From an uncultured Hormoscilla sp. (GTDB lineage Bacteria > Cyanobacteriota > Cyanobacteriia > Cyanobacteriales > Desertifilaceae), in the NCBI GenBank assembly GCA_963921275.4, contig OZ001293.3:2176001-2240000 (forward strand): a stretch of DNA of 64,000 nucleotides, given 5' to 3'. The notes under the pieces are model-generated. The model was not told the origin of the DNA. It did no database searches and saw only the letters and a program-made list of their open reading frames with translations. A program made the translations under genes and the position numbers. Shown one piece after another: positions 29,301 to 37,900 of this stretch. Each line of letters opens with the position of its first letter. Positions within the stretch are counted from its first letter, which is position 1.

Positions 29301-29534
29301 AATTCCCAAGTCATCGACCAGGAAGGCGGAAAACTCATCTCTTGTTAACTGTCCCGGATGGCGATTTGCGGACGGTGTCCCCGGAGTAGTGCGAGTAGCG
29401 CTCTCCGGGGACACCGGCTGTCTTTTACGGCTTTTTGGGGGGGGATCCGAAGTTTCCACCCACAGATAAAAACCACCATTTTGGATAAAATCATCTTCCC
29501 CTTGGGGTATCCAGGTGCCGTGCAGAATTTTCAT
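26352..29534 (-). CDS. SNF2-family helicase/ATPase
   Basis: LREYQKRG, LADDMGLGKS, LDEAHNIKN, ALTGTPVEN, SLKAGGVGITL, WWNPAVEDQATDRAFRIGQ; likely start MKILHGTW. Confidence 0.92.
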   Translation of the reverse strand: MKILHGTWIPQGEDDFIQNGGFYLWVETSDPPPKSRKRQPVSPESATRTTPGTPSANRHPGQLTRDEFSAFLVDDLGIAKSPDLSEQISPKYFILPSTEGAPLPSVELIRYLEVEPEEPSQWQAWEIDCYQVKAVIKALSDLYFLALHNSSEIGLGADLLFWYHYTQSFKQVILKDQYIPAFKYRELPATKGKGKKKPPAWEIYTGWEIISEQYESQIAAYIDYMPLACVSGKASPEREFYDRPTLLRHFSECLLQNIVVNTPWTAAFDKKISGSQLLSRSIHCPVSQQNSPEVLAEYQQWQGWKEKLIGAQTAAAFHLVFQLESPQSENVDDDWQIKFLASLKKDPSLKLDLVDYWHLAPAAKKAMQKQFGRDFEKDLLLNLGYAARMYPKIWTGLETDRPVGFLLTITEAFAFLKESAWVLEDAGYKVMVPAWWTPAGRQRAKIRLRASSSKKAVSSAGKGYFNLQTIVQYEYELAIGGQAVSAEEWQQLVNVKTPLVKFRGQWMELDQNQMQQMLDFWATHSEEQPEMTLLDLWKKTAEDMKEWELEPDATLGEMMAGLHDPSKLEPIANPPQLQGTLREYQKRGVSWIQYLEQLGLNGCLADDMGLGKSLQVIGRLVTERDLENTGDRIPPTLLIAPTSVVGNWQKEIEKFAPHLQSMIHHGRNRIEDETIFQAASLKQDIVITTFTLARKDIKLLQKVTWQRIVLDEAHNIKNHKTAQTQAILKLTAHHRLALTGTPVENRPLDLWSIFNFLNPGYLGKEAQFRKNFEQPIQKENNKIQARVLKKLVEPFILRRVKTDKQIIKDLPDKVELKQYCNLTQEQASLYEAVVKDVEKQLQEVEGIQRKELTISTLIKLKQICNHPRQYLQDGSEFSPDRSHKFARLGEMTEEVISEGESLLIFTQFTEIGEALQKYLKLTMRYNTYYLHGGTSRTKREQMIAEFQDPETDPTAFILSLKAGGVGITLTKANHVFHFDRWWNPAVEDQATDRAFRIGQEKNVFVHKFVTLGTLEERIDQMIEDKKKVASAIVGSDESWLTELDNESFKQLIALNRQAIL

Positions 29535-29709
29535 GGCATAATGAGGTCCGAATCGGTCTAGCTTACAATGCCAGTTCGCGAAAGTCAAGCAGTGTCGTAG
29601 CCATTGTCTGTCACTCCCTCTAACTCCACAGGCGCGGCCTGCCGTGCCGTAGTCATAGCCTCCCAGAAGTGCGAGGATCCTTTACCTCTATCCATCCTGG
29701 TGTGAGTCT

Positions 29710-30580
29710 GTGCGATTCGTTCTAGCCTAACGTGGTCAAACACGAAACGCTAGCCCGGTTTCATTAGCCGGGAACTCTGACCGCATGGGGGTTAAATTCC
29801 CCTCCCCCCAGGTACGGGGGTGACACCGGTCCTCGGTGCTACGAAGCGACATCATCGTGGTGCTAAGCGAGGACTCAAATGTAGGATAACTGGCAGCCTA
29901 AGCCGGTGACGCCGCTAGGAAAGATATCCAAGGTTAGAGCAGGCAAACATGTGCAAGCCTCGTTATAAGGAACCAGCGAAATAAGGCTATATGCGCTGGC
30001 CTAAAAAGGAAATGGTAGCTAGTATTAGTTTTAGACTCTGGCTAATATAGTACTCAAATAGCTCCCGGGGTATAGTGTGGACCTAAAGGTATCGCGAAAT
30101 GTTGTTAGGGAACGAAGTAACCTCTCGTGTGCTGTCCATCAGGACAAGTTAGATGTTAAGCGCAAGCCACGGGGGGAGGGATGGCCCAAGAAGCGAATGC
30201 CCGGGGTAATTCCTGGGATAACATCTACAGTAATGTAGATGATGCTGGGTAGCCAGCGCTGACGTGGGTCGGTGATACTAGGAAGCTGCTGGAATGAGTA
30301 ATCCTAAAAAGCCACGGAACTAATCCGAAACGCAAGTGGAGGATAAGGTATGGATAACTGGTAAAACTGACTTGAAAATGGTGATACTAACGGTTATCAG
30401 AACAACCACTCGCTAAACCAGGAAAGGGAAGAAAAGACAGGCGGCAAGGGCTAACGGAAGTAATTCCTATTAAGTCTACCTATGAAAAGGGCCTAGTACC
30501 CAGTAGCCGGATGCGGTGAAAATCGCAAGTCCGGTTCCTCAAGGGAGGGTCGGGAAGCGATTCCCGGCTCGACCCCATCC
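29710..30580 (+). mobile_element. ORF-less group II intron, family B copy 3 (871 nt), antisense at the Rpn 3' end
   Basis: Near-identical to copy 1; target GTGAGTCT|ACCTC. Confidence 0.95.
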
Positions 30581-31614
30581 ACCTCCGACAGCCAATTCAA
30601 CAAATCTGACTGATTGGTAATCTCAAAAATTCTATCTGTTAACTCTTCTAAATCCGACAGCGACAAACTTTCAATTTTGCTGTTGATTTCCGCTGTCATT
30701 TCACCAAATTTATTTTTGAGCAGGCGCATTGCTAAAGCGCTTGCTTCAGCAATGCGTCCTCGTTCAATCCCTTGTTCAATCCCTTGTTCAATCCCTTGTT
30801 CAATCCCTTGTTCAATCCCTTGTTCAATCCCTTGTTCAATCCCTTGTTCAATCCCTTGTTCAATCCCTCGTTTAAGTCCTTGTTCCCAGGCTTCTTCACT
30901 GGCATATTTCATCCGTCCTATCTCATCTTGCAAATAAATCGAGCGACGAATTACTTCATCTGCTTCCTCCGGTTCCATATTGGCTAGTTTGGCTATCTTT
31001 AAGGCTTTTTCGATTTCGGCAATCTCTCCCAATGTCGGCGGGATTTCTTCTAACTCATTTGCCAGCTTAATGAAGTAAATCCATTTCTCTGCTAAGGTCG
31101 TCAAGTCTTTCAACTCTTTTTTGAATCTGGGTAATTCCACAAAAAATAGCTGTAGTTCTCGCTGGGGATATTCATAATTTCCCTGGGCTTCTTTGAACAC
31201 AAAATGATGAATCACTTGCGGGTTTTGGTGGAAGAGAACAAAGTTGGTTATTGTTACCGCAATTACTGGCGATATCTTCAGGTAATCTTCTCCTGATTCC
31301 AACTGGTTGGCATAGGACTTACAGAGATTATAAGCCACCCGCTTATCGAATGCCGCTACCCGTGCTAATTGCATTTCGATCAGGACGATTTCCCCATTCT
31401 GTAGTACCGCCCTCACATCCAAGTAACTGTCCTTTAATGTCTCTACATGACCTTGGTTGTAAGGATTGACAATGGTTAAGGTAGAAATGACCTTTTCGCC
31501 ATTATAGATGATGGCATTCAGAAAACTAATCAAAATATCTTCACTTCGGTCCGAGCCAAAGATTTTTTTGAAGGCATAATCGATTGTGGGACTGATAAAT
31601 ATTTGCTTGGCCAT
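30493..31614 (-). CDS. Rpn family PD-(D/E)XK nuclease/putative transposase with DUF4351-like C-terminus, copy 1 (9 GIEQ-type repeats; tail read from the antisense intron)
   Basis: ISPTIDYAFKKIFGS, LDVRA...LIEMQ, FVELPRF, EKWIYF; AGGAG upstream of MAKQ. Confidence 0.88.
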   Translation of the reverse strand: MAKQIFISPTIDYAFKKIFGSDRSEDILISFLNAIIYNGEKVISTLTIVNPYNQGHVETLKDSYLDVRAVLQNGEIVLIEMQLARVAAFDKRVAYNLCKSYANQLESGEDYLKISPVIAVTITNFVLFHQNPQVIHHFVFKEAQGNYEYPQRELQLFFVELPRFKKELKDLTTLAEKWIYFIKLANELEEIPPTLGEIAEIEKALKIAKLANMEPEEADEVIRRSIYLQDEIGRMKYASEEAWEQGLKRGIEQGIEQGIEQGIEQGIEQGIEQGIEQGIEQGIERGRIAEASALAMRLLKNKFGEMTAEINSKIESLSLSDLEELTDRIFEITNQSDLLNWLSEVDGVEPGIASRPSLEEPDLRFSPHPATGY

Positions 31615-31796
31615 AACAAACATCTCCTTCTTTTCTAAGTTCACAATTACCTGGGTACGTTCTGGGAGCCCATGGCTGAGACTACCAGTCGCAGTAGCAT
31701 AAGACTGCCATGAGAATTATTATATCACGTCAGTCAGGGTTTGTGGTTGCGATCAAATGATTGTAGGGCATTTTTAACAGCGGCAAAAACCCCCGA

Positions 31797-31957
31797 TCAG
31801 TCTCCGATGCCTCTCGGGTAGTGCTCAGATGATGTCAATAGGGTTTCGCCGTGCGTCCGGGGGACATCAAGCTCCCGAGAGGCATCGAAAGGAGTTGGCT
31901 GTCTCAACAGGCTCATAGTGGGATACCAAGGAGAATCTTGACGATGCAGCATCCAGC
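31797..31957 (-). pseudogene. C-terminal fragment of a TPR-GT module (duplicated with the cassette)
   Basis: WMLHRQDSPWYPTMSLLRQ; near-identical to 33619-33779. Confidence 0.8.
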
Positions 31958-31960
31958 TCC

Positions 31961-32438
31961 TGTTAGGGAACGAAGTAACCTCTCGTGTGCTGTCCATCAG
32001 GACAAGTTAGATGTTAAGCGCAAGCCACGGGGGGAGGGATGGCCCAAGAAGCGAATGCCCGGGGTAATTCCTGGGATAACATCTACAGTAATGTAGATGA
32101 TGCTGGGTAGCCAGCGCTGACGTGGGTCGGTGATACTAGGAAGCTGCTGGAATGAGTAATCCTAAAAAGCCACGGAACTAATCCGAAACGCAAGTGGAGG
32201 ATAAGGTATGGATAACTGGTAAAACTGACTTGAAAATGGTGATACTAACGGTTATCAGAACAACCACTCGCTAAACCAGGAAAGGGAAGAAAAGACAGGC
32301 GGCAAGGGCTAACGGAAGTAATTCCTATTAAGTCTACCTATGAAAAGGACCTAGTACCCAGTAGCCGGATGCGGTGAAAATCGCAAGTCCGGTTCCTCAA
32401 GGGAGGGTCGGGAAGCGATTCCCGGCTCGACCCCATCC
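31961..32438 (+). mobile_element. 5'-truncated group II intron, family B copy 4 (478 nt; domain I deleted)
   Basis: Matches 22381-22858; begins at tgttagggaacgaa, the strand that closes domain I. Confidence 0.92.
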
Positions 32439-33436
32439 ACCTCTGACAGCCAATTCAACAAATCTGACTGATTGGTAATCTCAAAAATCCTATCTGTTAA
32501 CTCTTCTAAATCCGACAGGGACAAACTTGCAATTTTGCTGTTGATTTCCGCTGTCATTTCACCAAATTTATTTTTGAGCAGGCGCATTGCTAAAGCGCTT
32601 GCTTCAGCAATGCGTCCTCGTTCAATCCCTTGTTTAATCCCTTGTTCAATCCCTTGTTCAATCCCTTGTTCAATCCCTCGTTCAATCCCTCGTTTAAGTC
32701 CTTGTTCCCAGGCTTCTTCACTGGCATATTTCATCCGTCCTATCTCATCTTGCAAATAAATCGAGCGACGAATTACTTCATCTGCTTCCTCCGGTTCCAT
32801 ATTGGCTAGTTTGGCTATCTTTAAGGCTTTTTCGATTTCGGCAATCTCTCCCAATGTCGGCGGGATTTCCTCTAACTCATTTGCCAGCTTAATGAAGTAA
32901 ATCCATTTCTCTGCTAAGGTCGTCAAGTCTTTCAACTCTTTTTTGAATCTGGGCAATTCCACAAAAAATAGCTGTAGTTCTCGCTGGGGATATTCATAAT
33001 TTCCCTGGGCTTCTTTGAACACAAAATGATGAATCACTTGCGGGTTTTGGTGGAAGAGAACAAAGTTGGTTATTGTTACCGCAATTACTGGCGATATCTT
33101 CAGGTAATCTTCTCCTGATTCCAACTGGTTGGCATAGGACTTACAGAGATTATAAGCCACCCGCTTATCGAATGCCGCTACCCGTGCTAATTGCATTTCG
33201 ATCAGGACGATTTCCCCATTCTGTAGTACCGCCCTCACATCCAAGTAACTGTCCTTTAATGTTTCTACATGACCTTGGTTGTAAGGATTGACAATGGTTA
33301 AGGTAGAAATGACCTTTTCGCCATTATAGATGATGGCATTCAGAAAACTAATCAAAATATCTTCACTTCGGTCCGAGCCAAAAATTTTTTTGAAGGCATA
33401 ATCGATTGTGGGACTGATAAATATTTGCTTGGCCAT
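32351..33436 (-). CDS. Rpn family PD-(D/E)XK nuclease, copy 2 (6 GIEQ-type repeats)
   Basis: Near-identical to copy 1 apart from repeat number and a few substitutions. Confidence 0.88.
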   Translation of the reverse strand: MAKQIFISPTIDYAFKKIFGSDRSEDILISFLNAIIYNGEKVISTLTIVNPYNQGHVETLKDSYLDVRAVLQNGEIVLIEMQLARVAAFDKRVAYNLCKSYANQLESGEDYLKISPVIAVTITNFVLFHQNPQVIHHFVFKEAQGNYEYPQRELQLFFVELPRFKKELKDLTTLAEKWIYFIKLANELEEIPPTLGEIAEIEKALKIAKLANMEPEEADEVIRRSIYLQDEIGRMKYASEEAWEQGLKRGIERGIEQGIEQGIEQGIKQGIERGRIAEASALAMRLLKNKFGEMTAEINSKIASLSLSDLEELTDRIFEITNQSDLLNWLSEVDGVEPGIASRPSLEEPDLRFSPHPATGY

Positions 33437-33618
33437 AACAAACATCTCCTTCTTTTCTAAGTTCACAATTACCTGGGTACGTTCTGGGAGCCCATGGCTG
33501 AGACTACCAGTCGCAGTAGCATAAGACTGCCATGAGAATTATTATATCACGTCAGTCAGGGTTTGTGGTTGCGATCAAATGATTGTAGGGCATTTTTAAC
33601 AGCGGCAAAAACCCCCGA

Positions 33619-33817
33619 TCAGTCTCCGATGCCTCTCGGGTAGTGCTCAGATGATGTCAATAGGGTTTCGCCGTGCGTCCGGGGGACATCAAGCTCCCGA
33701 GAGGCATCGAAAGGAGTTGGCTGTCTCAACAGGCTCATAGTGGGATACCAAGGAGAATCTTGACGATGCAGCATCCAGCGCCAGTCGGGGGCAAAGGGTA
33801 ACAATACCCAAACAGGT
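33619..33817 (-). pseudogene. C-terminal fragment of a TPR-GT module
   Basis: PVWVLLPFAPDWRWMLHRQDSPWYPTM. Confidence 0.8.
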
Positions 33818-33840
33818 TCTATCCATCCTAGAGTGAGTCT

Positions 33841-34713
33841 GTGCGATTCGTTCTAGCCTAACGTGGTCAAACACGGAACGCTAGCCCGGTTTCATTAGCC
33901 GGGAACTCTGACCGCATGGGGGTTAAATTCCCCTCCCCCCAGGTACGGGGGTGACACCGGTCCTCGGTGCTACGAAGCGACATCATCGTGGTGCTAAGCG
34001 AGGACTCAAATGTAGGATAACTGGCAGCCTAAGCCGGTGACGCCGCTAGGAAAGATATCCAAGGTTAGAGCAGGCAAACATGTGTGCAAGCCTCGTTATA
34101 AGGAACCAGCGAAATAAGGCTATATGCGCTGGCCTAAAAAGGAAATGGTAGCTAGTATTAGTTTTAGACTCTGGCTAATATAGTACTCAAATAGCTCCCG
34201 GGGTATAGTGTGGACCTAAAGGTATCGCGAAATGTTGTTAGGGAACGAAGTAACCTCTCGTGTGCTGTCCATCAGGACAAGTTAGATGTTAAGCGCAAGC
34301 CACGGGGGGAGGGATGGCCCAAGAAGCGAATGCCCGGGGTAATTCCTGGGATAACATCTACAGTAATGTAGATGATGCTGGGTAGCCAGCGCTGACGTGG
34401 GTCGGTGATACTAGGAAGCTGCTGGAATGAGTAATCCTAAAAAGCCACGGAACTAATCCGAAACGCAAGTGGAGGATAAGGTATGGATAACTGGTAAAAC
34501 TGACTTGAAAATGGTGATACTAACGGTTATCAGAACAACCACTCGCTAAACCAGGAAAGGGAAGAAAAGACAGGCGGCAAGGGCTAACGGAAGTAATTTC
34601 TATTAAGTCTACCTATGAAAAGGGCCTAGTACCCAGTAGCCGGATGCGGTGAAAATCGCAAGTCCGGTTCCTCAAGGGAGGGTCGGGAAGCGATTCCCGG
34701 CTCGACCCCATCC
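33841..34713 (+). mobile_element. ORF-less group II intron, family B copy 5 (873 nt)
   Basis: Near-identical to copy 1 with a 2-nt insertion (aacatgtgtgcaag); target GTGAGTCT|ACCTC. Confidence 0.95.
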
Positions 34714-34994
34714 ACCTCTGACAGCCAATTCAACAAATCTGACTGATTGGTAATCTCAAAAATTCTATCTGTTAACTCTTCTAAATCCGACAGTGACAAA
34801 CTTGCAATTTTGCTGTTGATTTCCGCTGTCATTTCACCAAATTTATTTTTGAGCAGGCGCATTGCTAAAGCGCTTGCTTCAGCAATGCGTCCTCGTTCAA
34901 TCCCTTGTTCAATCCCTTGTTCAATCCCTCGTTTAAGTCCTTGTTCCCAGGCTTCTTCACTGGCATATTTCATCCGTCCTATCTCATCTTGCAA
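34626..34994 (-). pseudogene. Rpn copy 3: C-terminal third only (3 GIEQ-type repeats), joined to TPR sequence at ~34995
   Basis: QDEIGRMKYASEEAWEQG...LSLSDLEELTDRIF; nuclease domain absent. Confidence 0.8.
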
Positions 34995-37900
34995 GGCTTC
35001 GGCGCACTGGGGATTAACAGCGATCGCCTGTTAGTAATGGTAGATCGCCCGTTCGGGATCGTCCTGGGCCAGAAAAGCGACAGCCAAATTATTGTGAGCA
35101 TTAGCATTATCAGGTACCAGAGCCAGGTATTGTTGATAAAGGGCGATGGTTTCTGGGATGCGATCGAGAGCACAAGTCAGGGAGGCAAATTGCAGCAAAG
35201 CTTTAGCATTGTTTGGCAAGCTGAATAATTTAGCGATAAAGAGATTCCTCAGTGTCTTCCGCAAGCTCTTGTCCAGAAGGACACAGCTGGCGCCCCCAGC
35301 GTAGCGCCATCAGCAAGCACCAGACACCGCTTTGTCAACCGTTCCGCCTAGTGATAACTGGTAGCAACTTGCAATTTCTCGGCTAATTCATCTTTTTTTT
35401 TCCGCAACAATCTCCTGCAATGCCTGTTTGATAGCAGCAAATACAAAGGACCAATCGCCCCGTTTTTGCTGGCGGAACAGGCCCATGGTAGGATACCAGG
35501 GAGAATCTGAGCGTTCCAACATCCAGCGCCAGTCAGGAGCAAAAGCAAGCAGCACCCATACAGGTTTTCCGAGAGCACCTGCTAAATGAGCAACTGCCGT
35601 ATCTACCGTGATGACTAGATCGAGTTGTTCGGTAATCGCAGCAGTGTCAGCAAAGTCATGGATATGTGGGTCCAGATTGACCAGATTGGGGATATCCTGG
35701 GTAATATCTGCCACCCGATCGCCCTTTTGGAGACTATAGAAAGAAACGTCATTCATTTGTAGGAGAGGCAGAAAATGAGATAAGCTCAGAGAACGATGGC
35801 GATCGGTCCTATTCATAGTACTGCCCGCCCAAACGATGCCCACCTTTAACTGCGACTCCGTTCGTAGTAAGCACTTTAGCGCTTCCGACTCAACAGTATG
35901 CAAATAGGGGACATGGTTAGGAATTGTATCTAAGGTAGTACCCAGAATGCGAGGTAAACTCATCAAGGGAGCTTGCAGATCCAGTGGGGGCAACGGTTCT
36001 CCTTTAACTACCAATTGATCGATCCCATCTAGGGTTTCAAAGAGACGAATCAGAGGTTGCTGACATTCGACAACGACGCGGCCAGGTTTGCGGGCCCGTA
36101 CCATGGGCAAATAGCGGATAAATTGCATAGCATCGCCAAAACCCTGTTCCCCTCGCAGCAAGATAGTTTTCCCGTCCAGGGGGCTACCATCCCAAACATT
36201 ATGCAGGTAATGTCCTAGGGAAAAACCTTTTTGATGCCAGCGCCATTCATATTCTACAAAGCCTCGGGGAAAATCTCCACTCAGCAAAAGCGCGATCGCC
36301 AGGTAGAGGTGGGCCTCGGGGTTTTGGGGTTGCAGGGCTAGGGCCTGCTGATAATGGCAGATCGCCTGGCTTAAATTCCCCCGTTCTCGCCATGCCAAAC
36401 CCAGGTTAACATGGGCTATGCGCTGCGCGCACGCTTCGCGGTCAGCATGGTTGGGTTTGAGAGATAGCAACTGCTGATAAACCTGAATCGCCTCATCGGT
36501 GCGGTCTTCCCGCATCAGGGCCATGCCCAGATTATTGTAAGCCTCAATGTAATCTGGCTTCAGGGCGATCGCCTTTTTATAGTAAGGTATAGCTTCAGCA
36601 GCCCTTTCCAGCTTCCAGAGGGCCGCACCCAAATTATTCTGAACTTGGGGATAGTTGGGATTCAATGCCAGGGCCTGACGATAATGGGCGATCGCCTCTT
36701 CTGCATTATCCATTTGATAAGCAACGACCCCCAGAAGCTGGCGAGCATCCACATTATGAGGTTGGGCCTGTAGAATTTGATGATAGATACTGCGTGCGGC
36801 TTCCAGGCGTCCCCCTTGTTGATGCTGCACCCCAGCGTGCAGCCGAGATGTAATCTCATCTGTGGTCAGTTGTTTGGGTAGGGGCACGGCATCGGTTAAT
36901 TTTTGGATTCTTGAGTTAATTGTTGCAGGTCGCCCCCTCTTAAAGAGTTCAACTGACCACTCGCCAGACCATGACAATAAAGCTGATTTAACTCGCGCAA
37001 ACAGTTCGGACCAATCGCCTGGTTGCTGTTGGCGGAACAGGCGCATAGTTGGATACCAAGGAGAATCTTCGCGTTCCAATCTCCAGCGCCAATCAGGACA
37101 ATAGCACAGCAGCACCCATACAGGTTTACCGAGGGCTCCGGCCAGGTGAGCAACCGAGGTATCTATAGTAATCACCAAATCAAGTTGCTGGACAATTGCT
37201 GCGGTATCGGCAAAATCCTTCAATAGGGGGTCCAGGTTCGCCAAATTGCCAATATCGGGAGTAATATCTGCCGTCCTGCTGCCCTTTTGGAGACTATAGA
37301 AAGCGATGCCGGGTATTTCCAACAGTTGCCGAAAATAGGACAGACTGGTAGAACGGCGGCGGTCATTTTTATGAAAAGGATTCCCGGCCCAGACTATTCC
37401 CACCTTTAATTGACCCGTTTGTAGTAAGCACTTTAGCGCTTCTTCTCCCGTTAGCGCTTCCGTAGCGCTGGGGACAGCTTTTACGTAAGGCACTCGAGTA
37501 GGAATAGTTTCCCAAGTCGTACCCAGGATGCGAGGCAAACTCAGCAAAGCAGCTTTCACGTCAAAGGAGGGCAACTCTTCGCCCTTGATGACCACTTTGT
37601 CGATGCCATCTACTGTCTGCAACAGACGATAGACTGCGGGCTTACACATGACTATTACTTTGACGTTAGCACCCTGGGCCCGGATCAAAGGAACGTAACG
37701 GATAAAATTAATTGTATCTCCAAATCCCTGTTCGGTGTAAAGTAAAATTGTTTTGCCATCCAGGGACTCGCCCTGCCAGTCAGGTTGAGTTAATCCCGGG
37801 CCCTGTATGTGTTTCAGTTGCCAGCGCCACTCGTACTCCGCTAAACCCCGAGGATAATCTCCAGCTAACATTAAAGTAATCGCTAAACCCATGTGCGCTT

